The notes: a model not told the origin generated them from the letters alone. 64,000 nt of DNA from Candidatus Omnitrophota bacterium (GCA_024542985.1 JAMXCX010000001.1:3137-67136), one strand, 5' to 3'. Shown: positions 17,169-27,376, counted from the first letter of the stretch. Numbers and translations are program-made.

Positions 17169-19012
17169 ATCTCTCTTTTTCGGGTCGAAGATAAAACCAG
17201 CATCCTTAATGATTCTTTATCCTTCATATCCATCCAGTGTTTATAGAAATTATGCTCGCGCACTATCTGGGCAATTGCCATTAAAACCCGCAAGTGAAAA
17301 TTTCTTACATCTTGAGAGCCAACCAGCACAAATGCAATATGTACCGGCTCTTCGTTAAGCGAAAAGGGTATACCGGGCCGTGACCTTGCTAAAATCATCT
17401 CAAACTTATTGGCTCCCGGCACAACGATATGCGGAATAGCCAGGCCTTTTTCAATAACCGTGTGTGATTCTTGCTCTCGTTTTAACAACAGATTTTTTAT
17501 TTGGGCCGCATCTATGTTAATTCGCTCAGATAAAACTTCACTAACCTGAGTAAAAAACTCATCCCTGCTCATTGGCTCCTCTATGTCCAACACCGGACAA
17601 TTCTCAATCAAATGGTCAAACCTGTCCTTTACTATATTATCCCGTTTATGAAGAATATCTTTTAATTCTTTCTCTAAAGAAGTATCAACAAACTCTTTAG
17701 CCGTAATTCTCTCTACTAAATGCATAAGGGCCGATTGTCTTTTTATCTTACGGGCTGAGAATAAAAACCAAACAAAGCTGACCATTGCAAAACAGCTACT
17801 TATAATAAGCGAGACCTTACCCATTTTAAAGATTAAAAAACTATAACTGATTAAGGCGAAAATCTGCAGCCAGGGATAAAAAGGCGTGCGAAATGTAGGC
17901 CGGTAATTTATTATCTTGCTTTCGCGCATTATAATAACCGAAAGGTTAACAAACATAAAAAGGATAATCATAAGGGTCGAAGCAATCTTTACTAAATCTT
18001 TAAGGTCTAAAAAAAGAATCAAAAGAAACATAAACAATCCTGTGACAATTACAGATAAAAAAGGAGTATTAAACTTCTTTGATAAAGAAGAAAACTTAGA
18101 AGGGAGTAAGCCATCTTTGGCCATAGCAAAAGGTATCCGCGAAGACGCGAATATACCGGCATTGGCAGTGCTAATAAAAGCGATAGCGGCCGCTAATGAT
18201 AACACTACAGCAAAGCTAACCCCTCCTAGCTTGAAAGCGCCGTGAGTCAAAGGTGTAAAGGTTGATACAAGTTCATGAGACGGTAAAATTCCAACTGTAA
18301 CTGCTATGCATAAACAATACAATACTTGCACGACAAAAAAAGCCAAAAACATACCCGTGGGAATAGTCTTGGAAGGATGCTTTGTATCTTCAGCAATAGA
18401 TGCCACTTTAGTGAGCCCCCCGTAGGAAATGAATACCAGGCCAACTACGGAAAGAAATGCTCCTTTACCTTGAGGCAAGAAAGGCTTAAAATTCTGCCAG
18501 GAAATATTCCTTACACCTAGAAAAACGTAGGTTGCGCATACCAAGAGTAGAAAAACAACCATCAGGTTCTGGATACGAGCGCTTAATTTAACGCTAAAAA
18601 TATTTATGATTACGAAAAGGACACAAAAAGAAGCAGCAACAAGTTTTACCTGAAAATAATCAAAAGAAGGCGAAAAATACTCTAAAAATAACCCTATACC
18701 CACCAAAGCAAAAGCACTTTTTAAAGCCAGCGAAAACCAGCTAGCCAAACCGCTAAATATCCCCAAAAACGGCCCAAAACTTCTCTCAATAAAAAAATAG
18801 GTCCCTCCGGCCTTAGGCATGGCAGTAATTAACTCTGATTTGCTTAAAATTGAAGGAATCATCAACAATCCGGCAAGAAAATAAGCTACAACTATAGAAG
18901 GCCCAGTTTGCCTATAAGCAATAGCCGGAAGTATGAATAACCCCGATGAAATCATAGTCCCGGTTGCCATACAGAAAATATCCCATAAACCAAGCTTTTC
19001 TTGAACTTTCAT
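17165..19012 (-). CDS. APC-superfamily amino acid/cation permease fused to a C-terminal PTS EIIA (Ntr/Fru-type) domain
   Basis: About 12 TM segments with GTMISSGLF and AMPKAGGTY; C-terminal LLKREQESHTVIEKGLAIPH and HLRVLMAIA. Confidence 0.85.
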   Translation of the reverse strand: MKVQEKLGLWDIFCMATGTMISSGLFILPAIAYRQTGPSIVVAYFLAGLLMIPSILSKSELITAMPKAGGTYFFIERSFGPFLGIFSGLASWFSLALKSAFALVGIGLFLEYFSPSFDYFQVKLVAASFCVLFVIINIFSVKLSARIQNLMVVFLLLVCATYVFLGVRNISWQNFKPFLPQGKGAFLSVVGLVFISYGGLTKVASIAEDTKHPSKTIPTGMFLAFFVVQVLYCLCIAVTVGILPSHELVSTFTPLTHGAFKLGGVSFAVVLSLAAAIAFISTANAGIFASSRIPFAMAKDGLLPSKFSSLSKKFNTPFLSVIVTGLFMFLLILFLDLKDLVKIASTLMIILFMFVNLSVIIMRESKIINYRPTFRTPFYPWLQIFALISYSFLIFKMGKVSLIISSCFAMVSFVWFLFSARKIKRQSALMHLVERITAKEFVDTSLEKELKDILHKRDNIVKDRFDHLIENCPVLDIEEPMSRDEFFTQVSEVLSERINIDAAQIKNLLLKREQESHTVIEKGLAIPHIVVPGANKFEMILARSRPGIPFSLNEEPVHIAFVLVGSQDVRNFHLRVLMAIAQIVREHNFYKHWMDMKDKESLRMLVLSSTRKREI

Positions 19013-19064
19013 AATGTAAAAATCATACCATAATTTAAAAAAAGCTCAAAGTATAAAAGAATTA

Positions 19065-19321
19065 CCTGCCTGCTGTGTAGTTCTTCACAGTTTCAGTAAC
19101 AAGAAAGCAAAGATATGCAATAACAATTTTTGAGGAGGCTCTGAGGCCTTAAAAGCAAGGTATCCAGACCGAAGGGATGGATTTTTAAGGCCGAAGCGCC
19201 AGGCAAAAGTCCTGCCTGCTGCCGGCAGGCAGGACTTTTGGGTCCCAGAAAATTGTTAATGTATATCCATGGTCTTTTATCAAATGTTACCGAAATTCTG
19301 AAGTTGTACACGGTAGGCAGG
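19065..19321. repeat. 257-bp element bounded by long imperfect inverted repeats with internal hairpins (MITE/REPIN-like)
   Basis: The left arm CCTGCCTGCTGTGTA..CTTCA..TTTCAGTAACA..GATATGCAATAACAATTTT matches the reverse complement of the right arm. Internal perfect 16-bp stem CAAAAGTCCTGCCTGC/GCAGGCAGGACTTTTG. Confidence 0.8.
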
Positions 19322-19348
19322 CCTGGCTGTTGACAGCTTATACTGGCC

Positions 19349-22171
19349 TTACCGGCAAAGCCCTTGGAAAGGGCAATATCGACAACGCCTATCATGCCGG
19401 TCAGCCTCAAAAGGACAATTTAAATCAAATAATTCAGTAAATATTGCCGAAAGGGCCTCTAAGCATACTTGCATGATATCGTCTTTTTTGGAAAGATCGG
19501 ATTCTGAAAAAAGTGCTTTTCTCTGCAGTTTACGGATATTATATAATTCAGCGTTTGCGCAAATGCGAGGATAATCTTTTAAAACAAGATGATAATAAAT
19601 AGGTAATTGAAAAGACTTAATATTATTTTTTATCGCATCCCGGCTCATTGCCATATTTTTTAGGGCCGCGAAGCTCTTAGGTGCATAATTTGAGCCTCCG
19701 GTTTTATAATCGATGATTAAAATGCTGCCGTCGGAAAGTTCATCAATCCTGTCTACGGTATATCGAAAGTCAATTACATCCTCATTAAACTTTATCTGGC
19801 CCCTACGTCTTTCTTCAAGGCAGATAATTTTAGCCACTTCACGCTGGGCTTCCATTTCTAAAAACTTCTCAAGCCGGGCCCTGATTATTCCTTTCAGCAA
19901 AAATGAATCTGATTTCATACGCCTTACAATCTCTTTATCAAACTTATTATCCATCAATTTAAAAAAGCGCTTCTTAAAATTAGAATCTATCACGGGTTTC
20001 TGACCCTTAAATATTCCGAATGCCTCTTCTAACAGCTCATGGATAAAAGTCCCTATACCGGCAGCATCCGGACCCTCGAGCAAATCCTGGCTTTCCTTGA
20101 GGCCCAAAACATACTGAAAATAAAACTGCTGCGGACAAGCTAGATAAGTATTGATGCGGCTGGCAGAGTAAATCGATTCTTTTAAAAATCGTAATATTTC
20201 AGGAGTCTTTTTAACCTGCGATACTCCCACCTTAACATTTACTGAAAAATATGCTTTATAAGGCTTGATTACCTCTAACCTGTTTTGCTGTTTTTGTTTC
20301 TGCCACAGCAACCCTTCGATAAATCTACTCTTTTCTTTTTTTTGATTCTCTTCATAGATAAGATGCGTATTTTTTGCGCTAGATATAAGCCGCATAAACT
20401 GATACCTTTGTATTTCTTCTTCTTTCTCTAATCTGTTTAAGCCCAGACTCAACATAACCTCTCTGGGTATTAAGGGTTCATAAATTTTAAGTTTAGGAAA
20501 AACTGATTCGTTAGCATCCATTATAATCACATTATCAAAATTCAAAGAGCGCGTCTCCAGCAACCCCAATATTTGAGTTCCTTTTAAAGGAGACCCTTGA
20601 AAAGAAATAATCTCGCTTTGTAATTTCTGTTCGAAAACCTCCCAAATTTCAACACCGCTAAAGATTTCCTCACCGAATGAACAACTCCTAAACTCTTCTC
20701 CTATAAGGCGTAGTTTATCAATAACCTTAAAGTTAAAAGGAAAATTCAATATTAGGCTTTTGTCGATTAAAACATCAAGTAAAATCCCTAGTCTTTCGGC
20801 AAATATCTTAAAAGTATCTATATTCTCCCATATCTCAAAAAGCACCTCATGCAGCTTAAGCAGCACTTCTTTGCATTCATCAAGGCTGATTTCTATTTCC
20901 ATATTATTAAGAATTTCTGCGGAACGCAGATAAATCTTTTCTTCCTGCTCTATTTCCTTTAACCCTAAAAATAAACTTCCGCCCACTGAACTCTCTTCAC
21001 TGCCTTGCAGCAATTCTTCTATTTTATGCACAATTATACGCGTAATTCGCTGGTCCCTGAATAATTTCAAATTCTTAATTAAAGGCTGCCTTAAAACACT
21101 TAAATAGTCTTTTGTGTAATATTTATTGCCCTTTTTGCTCTTCTGAACTCTTCCTAAAGCACCAAATAAAGCATAAAATGAGCTTCTTTTTAATGGGTAG
21201 CCCATTGAAACATTAAATTCTTCTAATTCGCAAGAAACTTCTGTAAGCAAAGGAATAATAGTTTCCGGCCTGGGCACGACTATTACAGTACTATTTTTTC
21301 TGTTAATTTTTTTATTAATAATTCCCCTGACTAAACACACTTGGGAATGGATATCAAATCCCTGGTATAGACACAACCCCTCAACTGCCGGAGGTTCTTC
21401 TTTCGGCTTTATGGCCATTTTTAGTTGTAGGGAATTTTTCTTTAGTACCGACCAATGCTCTTGTGAACCCTGCCAGATACAAACCCCCTTATTCTTTTCT
21501 AAAATACCATTGATTATTTTTTGTTCTGTTGTATGTAAATAAAAAAAGTTACAAAATACTATCTTCTCAAACTCAAGCCAATCAGTATCCTTAACGGCTT
21601 TAGATGCCAACAGGTATTTTAGGCCTCGGGAATGAAAGCCTTTTTTACTCAAAGAATCATGGTAGGCTTTCCGCAAAGTTACTATATGCTCTAAGAGCGT
21701 ATTAATACTCTCCGGTATGTCGTACCCTATAGCAGCACTTTTTTCTATATTATGCAGAGATTCATCTTTTATATCCTCCAAATCCAGCTGTTCAATAAAA
21801 GAAATTAATTCTTTCGCCCAGGGAATAAATTCACTAAAAGAAATACTTTTCTTTAGTAAGTTTGGAAGATATTTTTTTGCCAAATTATAAATAAGAAAAT
21901 AAGAATCTAAACCGCCTATATTGGGTAAGTGTTCATCCCCGGCAATGACGTAATCGATAAATTCATCTATGGAAAAAATTTTGGGCGGAATAAAACTTTT
22001 CTTGATCCTTCTTGAGAGTTCTTTTCTTAGAAATAATGCCGGACGCCTGCCGCCGAAGATGCAAGCAACCCGGCTCAAATCATTATCCGGCTTTAGGTAA
22101 TTATCACATAGATAATCTGTGAGATTCCTAATAAAATTTTCTCCAAAATTATAAGTTATAACACGTTCCAT
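19349..22171 (-). CDS. addB: AddB-like subunit: inactive helicase plus PD-(D/E)XK nuclease with Fe-S staple
   Basis: SASRINTYLACP, VDRID...IIDYKTG, C-terminal CRYCPFQGLC; directly downstream of the AddA-like gene. Confidence 0.8.
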   Translation of the reverse strand: MERVITYNFGENFIRNLTDYLCDNYLKPDNDLSRVACIFGGRRPALFLRKELSRRIKKSFIPPKIFSIDEFIDYVIAGDEHLPNIGGLDSYFLIYNLAKKYLPNLLKKSISFSEFIPWAKELISFIEQLDLEDIKDESLHNIEKSAAIGYDIPESINTLLEHIVTLRKAYHDSLSKKGFHSRGLKYLLASKAVKDTDWLEFEKIVFCNFFYLHTTEQKIINGILEKNKGVCIWQGSQEHWSVLKKNSLQLKMAIKPKEEPPAVEGLCLYQGFDIHSQVCLVRGIINKKINRKNSTVIVVPRPETIIPLLTEVSCELEEFNVSMGYPLKRSSFYALFGALGRVQKSKKGNKYYTKDYLSVLRQPLIKNLKLFRDQRITRIIVHKIEELLQGSEESSVGGSLFLGLKEIEQEEKIYLRSAEILNNMEIEISLDECKEVLLKLHEVLFEIWENIDTFKIFAERLGILLDVLIDKSLILNFPFNFKVIDKLRLIGEEFRSCSFGEEIFSGVEIWEVFEQKLQSEIISFQGSPLKGTQILGLLETRSLNFDNVIIMDANESVFPKLKIYEPLIPREVMLSLGLNRLEKEEEIQRYQFMRLISSAKNTHLIYEENQKKEKSRFIEGLLWQKQKQQNRLEVIKPYKAYFSVNVKVGVSQVKKTPEILRFLKESIYSASRINTYLACPQQFYFQYVLGLKESQDLLEGPDAAGIGTFIHELLEEAFGIFKGQKPVIDSNFKKRFFKLMDNKFDKEIVRRMKSDSFLLKGIIRARLEKFLEMEAQREVAKIICLEERRRGQIKFNEDVIDFRYTVDRIDELSDGSILIIDYKTGGSNYAPKSFAALKNMAMSRDAIKNNIKSFQLPIYYHLVLKDYPRICANAELYNIRKLQRKALFSESDLSKKDDIMQVCLEALSAIFTELFDLNCPFEADRHDRRCRYCPFQGLCR

Positions 22172-22204
22172 GTCTCACCGGTCGTAAACCGTAAATTATA
22201 AGTT

Positions 22205-25200
22205 CTAAGTAGCGGTTACTTCCGCTTTTTTTAATTCATCAAGATAAACCAAAATGCCTCTTACCTTATGCCTAGGATATATATCACTGATAATCCGGAT
22301 ATATTCGTTAACCTGCTTTTTGTGTTGTTGTTCGTCAATTCTAGATAATTTATAATCAACTATCCAGACTTCATCATCTTTGACTATCAGGCGGTCGATT
22401 CTCTTCAAATCACCAAAGCTGTTGGCTACCTCTTTCTCACAAAATACATCTCCCTCACTGATATAAAAAATATCTCTTAAATTTTCGGCAGAAATAACTT
22501 GTTTTACTTTTTCGCATATTCCAACAGATGAAATTTCAAAAAAAGGATACTTGAGTTTGGCAAATTTAATTGCCTTGATAATTAAAGAGTCTAAATCCTG
22601 TTTCTGACAATTACCTACCCGGGAAAAAACTGCATGCAAAAAATTTCCTTCTAGTATTTTTTCTCGGTTCTCTACTTCTTTCGCATCGCCGAATTCATCT
22701 TTAAGTGCCTCTATCCAATCCTTATACACAGAGCAGGGAATACCGATAAAAAGTTGATCTTTATCTCTTTTATAATGTTTATATTTTTTTTGTAGGCCTT
22801 GGATTTTTATATCCTCCGGTATAAGAAATCTAACCTTATTCGTTGAGTTAGAACTTTTCTTAGGAATAAATGCATATAATTCATATTGGGCTCTTGTTAA
22901 GGCGACATAAATATTATTTAACTCATCAATACAAGCTTTCTTGTAATCCTGTGAATAAATTTTTTGCAGAAGAGGCGAAAAAGAACGGTAGACTTTAGTA
23001 ATACGCATTAAACCTAACTCTGGGCCTTCCTCATTCACAACATGGGAATTCGTGCCTTTGCCGGCGGTTTCAGGAACAATATCCATGCGTAAAAAGGGAA
23101 TAATTACTACTGCAAACTCTAACCCTTTCGCCTTATGGATAGTAAGCACTTTTACTGAATCACTGTGTGCGGCATTAACATATAAATCATCCGGGGAAGG
23201 ATCCTTTAAATATAATAGAAAATCTCCTAAGCCAGTGTATTCATCTTCATTTGTTTTTACCAACTCTAGAAATTTCATAAAAAACCCTTGCGAATCTTTA
23301 AATTTACGCATTAAGTCAAATCTCTGGTATATGCTCACTAAAAGCTCGTAAGGCGAGATAAATCCTACAGCCTTTAAAAACTTATCTATACATTCTTCCC
23401 ATTGTTGGGGAAATTCCTGGCTAAACGATTTATAAACCGCTTTTTTACTGCGAAATTTTCTTTCTTTATGTAAAGTAAATAAAAAATCTCTGATATCATC
23501 TTTGGGAATACCACTGACTGCTGAAAATATGTCGCCTAAAATAAAAGCCGAAAAACTCAAATCATCTATCGGGGAATGCAAAAATTTCAAAAAATATATA
23601 AGTTCTTTTGTCAAATTATTTTCAACTACGTTCAAGGTCTTCTCAGACTCAACAGACATTCCCGCCCCGAGAAGCCAAGAGGTAACTAGCTCAACTTCAC
23701 TGTTATCTCTAGTAAGGATAGCGATATCTTTCTCTCGAAACCTCCGGCTTAATTTTTTTATTAGCTCAAGTATTTTTTCCTGCATTATGGCATCACGTTC
23801 CTGTTGATTCTTTTCATTAATTCTCTCTATCTGCACGTACCCGAAATCATTTTCTACCTTATGCTGCTGAAACGAATCTTTGAAAATAGAAACTATATCT
23901 TCTGCTGACTGGGTATCAGCCAATTCTTTTACGATTTCGGAAGCAATTAACATCTCTTTTAGGTTTTCTTTCGAAAAAATCCTGTTATTAAAGTTAACTA
24001 TTTCTTTCTGGCTGCGCCAATTTTTTGCTAAATTAGTACCTCTAACACCAAACTGGGAGAATTCTTTCTTGACATCATCAAACAATCCAGCCTGTCCTCC
24101 TCTAAACCGGTATATTGCCTGTTTTTTATCTCCGACATAGAAAAACGTGCCTCCGGTTGATAAACCTTCTTTTACCATTTCATAGAGATTATGCCACTGC
24201 AGGAGGCTTGTGTCCTGAAACTCATCAATTAGATAATGCCTGAAACGAGTAGCCAGCCTATAGTAGGCTTCAGCAATAGTTATGCCATTTTCAGCGAAAA
24301 GAAGACGGGCTTTTGCGTTGAGTTCCTCTAGAAATAAAATATCCTCCTTTCGGGAAACTGCTTGAAAGAATTGAGCCAGCCGGTTAAAAAGTTTAATATA
24401 AGGGTTATAGGCAACCGTTGCCTCTAATTCTATAAGTCCTTTTAGCTGCTCGAAAATATTTTTCCACTTCTTGCTAAAAGAATTACCGGCTAAACTTTCC
24501 TTATTCATTCTTGCAAAAGGACTCATAAGCGCGGTAGGCAAAGATGATGTATCAAAAATATCTTTGTTTTTATCAAGAAATCTTATTATAGATTTTTTTG
24601 CCTTAGCATTAAGGCCTTCGGGAAAATCAAGCGAAAGATTATTAATTTGTTTATAGATATGTTTTTTCTTTTTTATCACATCTAAGCTCAAACCTTCAAA
24701 AGCCGCAAACCTCTTTCCATATTTATTACTCAGCCTGAAAAGAGAACGCATCAATTGCAAGATATCATCCCGGGGAAACCAACCTTCTCTGTTTTCAACA
24801 AATAGATAATGCTCCAGGAAATCTTCCAAAAATTCAAATACTTCCGCTTGTGTATGCGCCTGCTCAATAACTAAATCGAGACAGTAAGAAAGGTAATTTT
24901 CATAATTTCTTTTGATTTTAAAACTTGCCGAGCGATTGATATGTATAGCGCAGCCCAACAGAAGAGAATTGATAAAGCTATCTATTGTCTGGACCTGAAA
25001 AAAATTGTAGTTTGTAATAATCGCATCCATAAGCTCCAGGGCTTTACTTTGAGCCTTTTGCTTATCTAGACCTAAAAAATCAAAAATATCCTTCTCCTCA
25101 TCAGGCTCAGAAAATGAATCTAAAGCTATTCTTTTTAAAAACTCTAAAATTCTCTCCTTCATCTCCAGGGTGGCTCTATTGGTAAAGGTAATAGCCAAAA

Positions 25201-25381
25201 TATCCCTTAAAGGGTTTTGAATCTTTTTAAAATCTGAATTTATAAGCAAATATAGGTATCTTTTGGCAAGAGCCCGGGTTTTTCCCGATCCGGCCGAGGC
25301 TTCTACAACAATAACCTTAGGAGAATTGGAAGAGTTTAGGTCGGTTTCAACATTCATCAAATACTTGCGATCCGGAAACAA
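22205..25381 (-). CDS. addA: AddA-like UvrD helicase-nuclease
   Basis: ASAGSGKT, ITFTNRA, IDEFQDTS, VGDKKQAIYRFRG, TIHKAKGLEF, YVALTRA, RIDRL...IVDYK. The true start may be ATG 25357. Confidence 0.85.
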   Translation of the reverse strand: MFPDRKYLMNVETDLNSSNSPKVIVVEASAGSGKTRALAKRYLYLLINSDFKKIQNPLRDILAITFTNRATLEMKERILEFLKRIALDSFSEPDEEKDIFDFLGLDKQKAQSKALELMDAIITNYNFFQVQTIDSFINSLLLGCAIHINRSASFKIKRNYENYLSYCLDLVIEQAHTQAEVFEFLEDFLEHYLFVENREGWFPRDDILQLMRSLFRLSNKYGKRFAAFEGLSLDVIKKKKHIYKQINNLSLDFPEGLNAKAKKSIIRFLDKNKDIFDTSSLPTALMSPFARMNKESLAGNSFSKKWKNIFEQLKGLIELEATVAYNPYIKLFNRLAQFFQAVSRKEDILFLEELNAKARLLFAENGITIAEAYYRLATRFRHYLIDEFQDTSLLQWHNLYEMVKEGLSTGGTFFYVGDKKQAIYRFRGGQAGLFDDVKKEFSQFGVRGTNLAKNWRSQKEIVNFNNRIFSKENLKEMLIASEIVKELADTQSAEDIVSIFKDSFQQHKVENDFGYVQIERINEKNQQERDAIMQEKILELIKKLSRRFREKDIAILTRDNSEVELVTSWLLGAGMSVESEKTLNVVENNLTKELIYFLKFLHSPIDDLSFSAFILGDIFSAVSGIPKDDIRDFLFTLHKERKFRSKKAVYKSFSQEFPQQWEECIDKFLKAVGFISPYELLVSIYQRFDLMRKFKDSQGFFMKFLELVKTNEDEYTGLGDFLLYLKDPSPDDLYVNAAHSDSVKVLTIHKAKGLEFAVVIIPFLRMDIVPETAGKGTNSHVVNEEGPELGLMRITKVYRSFSPLLQKIYSQDYKKACIDELNNIYVALTRAQYELYAFIPKKSSNSTNKVRFLIPEDIKIQGLQKKYKHYKRDKDQLFIGIPCSVYKDWIEALKDEFGDAKEVENREKILEGNFLHAVFSRVGNCQKQDLDSLIIKAIKFAKLKYPFFEISSVGICEKVKQVISAENLRDIFYISEGDVFCEKEVANSFGDLKRIDRLIVKDDEVWIVDYKLSRIDEQQHKKQVNEYIRIISDIYPRHKVRGILVYLDELKKAEVTAT

Positions 25382-25547
25382 TTAAAGCAGATTAACTCTA
25401 AATTTAGTGAAGATGATCTTTACTTCTAAAGTATGCCCGGTGAAAGGGTCAGGATTTGTTCAGGGTCAATGCTAGAGCGGCGTTTCAAACTTAAATCCAA
25501 ATGGCGGTGTTTTGGGCCGCAAAAGTATAAAGGCTAACAAAAAGAAT

Positions 25548-25901
25548 CTATTTTAAGAATTTTTCTTTTAACTTTTTGTAATAGTAGGTACAAAATTTAT
25601 CTTGTTTAGCTTGTTCTATATCCCTTATTTCTCCGCCGCAAAAATAGCCATTTTCAGGATCGATAAATTCTGACCACACTACTAATACCTTCAATTCAAC
25701 AGAATCTAATTCCTCAGGAATAAAGTAATCAATAAGAAGGACTTGCCCTTTCTTCCACTCGAGCTCAGAAGAAAAGCATATACCCATAAGCGTAAGGTCC
25801 TTACTTTTGCCTTTGTGCATCTTACCTGCTTCTTCTATGGACCTTATCTCCAGGAAATCTCCCGCGTTTAGCCTTATTAATTGCCTTCTATTATTTTCCA
25901 T
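25548..25901 (-). CDS. Stand-alone PilZ-domain protein
   Basis: RRQLIR (RxxxR) and DLTLMG (DxS/TxxG) c-di-GMP-binding motifs; VVWS...G.E. Confidence 0.8.
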   Translation of the reverse strand: MENNRRQLIRLNAGDFLEIRSIEEAGKMHKGKSKDLTLMGICFSSELEWKKGQVLLIDYFIPEELDSVELKVLVVWSEFIDPENGYFCGGEIRDIEQAKQDKFCTYYYKKLKEKFLK

Positions 25902-25927
25902 AGCCTTTGATTATAACAAAAAATAGC

Positions 25928-26617
25928 CTAATTATCTATTCTTTTTTTATTTGGCCGGTATAAAACATTCTCTGCTTTTTTAAAAACGCTCTGCTTGAAA
26001 GTATGCTCCAAATCAATGCCGCAAGAGTGAGCTAAGGCACAAATATCAAATATTAGATTTGCAAAAAACGTTTGCTTATCGTGCTTCTCTTTAAGCAGTC
26101 TAAAATTGTTTTCTATAACAGAAGATAGCTCTGGCTGCGTATTTTTCTTCAATCGCTTCCCGTTAATATTAGCGCATTCCTTAAAAAAAATTCCTGCTAG
26201 TAGCAGAGCCGGCGCACTAATCGGCAGCCTATCCTTTATCGATTTTCTTTTTTTCTTTTTTGCTTTTTCTTGTATCCAAAACTTAAGAATACTTTTTTTG
26301 GTTCGCAATTTCTTTGATGAAAAAACATGGGGATGCCGAGAAATTAATTTACTACTGACAGCATCTAGAACCTTCTCTATGCTAACTCGCTTTTTCCTTT
26401 TAAGCATCTCAGTTATAACAACAAGAATGAGAAAAATATCCCCTAATTCTTCTTTTATAGTCTCAACATTGGCGTCATCAATACCATCTATCAACTCATA
26501 AACCTCCTCTAGGAGATATTTCTTCATATTGTCTATATTCTGCGCCCTATCCCAAGGACAGCCTTGGGGTGAACGCAGTATTCTTACTGTATCCAATAAT
26601 TTATCGAACTCTTTCAT
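25928..26617 (-). CDS. mazG: MazG-family nucleotide pyrophosphohydrolase
   Basis: LRSPQGCPWD, LLEEVYE, EELGD, KLISRHPHVF; the second domain is degenerate. Confidence 0.85.
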   Translation of the reverse strand: MKEFDKLLDTVRILRSPQGCPWDRAQNIDNMKKYLLEEVYELIDGIDDANVETIKEELGDIFLILVVITEMLKRKKRVSIEKVLDAVSSKLISRHPHVFSSKKLRTKKSILKFWIQEKAKKKKRKSIKDRLPISAPALLLAGIFFKECANINGKRLKKNTQPELSSVIENNFRLLKEKHDKQTFFANLIFDICALAHSCGIDLEHTFKQSVFKKAENVLYRPNKKRIDN

Positions 26618-26636
26618 TCTACAAGTAAGACCTTAA

Positions 26637-26687
26637 AGCTCCTCATTCCAATAATGGGGATACCTACCTGCCGGTAGGTAAGGAGCT
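26637..26687. repeat. Composite hairpin containing a variant of the CCTGCCT palindrome
   Basis: Outer AGCTCCT...AGGAGCT encloses TACCTACC-TGCC-GGTAGGTA (26661-26680). Confidence 0.6.
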
Positions 26688-26750
26688 ATTTTCTTGACAT
26701 TTCGCCCGCTCTGAGGCAAGCTTCTCCCTTATCATCGGACAGATGGGATA

Positions 26751-27350
26751 TCAAGCCTGGAGAGTTGTCAAGCTATCAAAATATATGATATCCTTTAAGG
26801 ACCGTTTAGGAACATGCAGCCTGTTTTTTTTATCCAGCCAATATTTTATGTTTTTTGCATCTTGCTCTAATTTAGGCTCCTCAGCCGCAAACCCCCCGGC
26901 AATTACAGAATCGATTTCATAATTCTTAGGTATATTTAAAAAATTACCTAAAGACTTTCTATCCAAAGAAGCAATCCAGCATGCCCCTACTCCCTGCTCT
27001 AAAAATGTCAATATCATATTCTCAGCAGCTGCTCCCACATCCCTAAGGTCGAAATTTTGAGATTTCTCTTTATTCATAAGTATAAATACATAAAAAGTCG
27101 GCCTCATGCCAGCCGGAGGAGTCCTTCTAGGGTATAAATAACCGGCCCAACGGGTATAAGTAAAAATCTTCTCTCTTAAGAGTTTATCTTTTACTACTAG
27201 ATATTCTAAAAACTGCAAGTTTGCTGCACAAGGAGCAAGACGCGCAGCATTTACTCCTTTTTTAATTACAGCCGAAGGAACTTTCCTTTGTTTAAATAAG
27301 CGTATTGATCTGCGCTTTATAATCAAATTGTATAATTTTTGCTGCATCAC
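26751..27350 (-). CDS. Nitroreductase family protein
   Basis: RRSIRLF, ARLAPCAANLQ, DVGAAAENM, GVGACW, VPKR. Confidence 0.9.
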   Translation of the reverse strand: MMQQKLYNLIIKRRSIRLFKQRKVPSAVIKKGVNAARLAPCAANLQFLEYLVVKDKLLREKIFTYTRWAGYLYPRRTPPAGMRPTFYVFILMNKEKSQNFDLRDVGAAAENMILTFLEQGVGACWIASLDRKSLGNFLNIPKNYEIDSVIAGGFAAEEPKLEQDAKNIKYWLDKKNRLHVPKRSLKDIIYFDSLTTLQA

Positions 27351-27376
27351 TTCTTCTTACGATAATTTGAATTGCT

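Noticed and set aside
19093-19410. 105-aa ORF in the track
   Set aside because: It runs through the palindromic element, overlaps the end of addB out of frame and has no recognisable motif.
19349-22171. Cas4 or defence nuclease call based on the Fe-S PD-(D/E)XK domain
   Set aside because: The 940-aa length and pairing with a UvrD helicase-nuclease fit housekeeping AddAB.
26690-26750. Hammerhead-like CCGATGA...CGAAA on the minus strand
   Set aside because: The core deviates from CUGANGA and the required flanking stems could not be formed.
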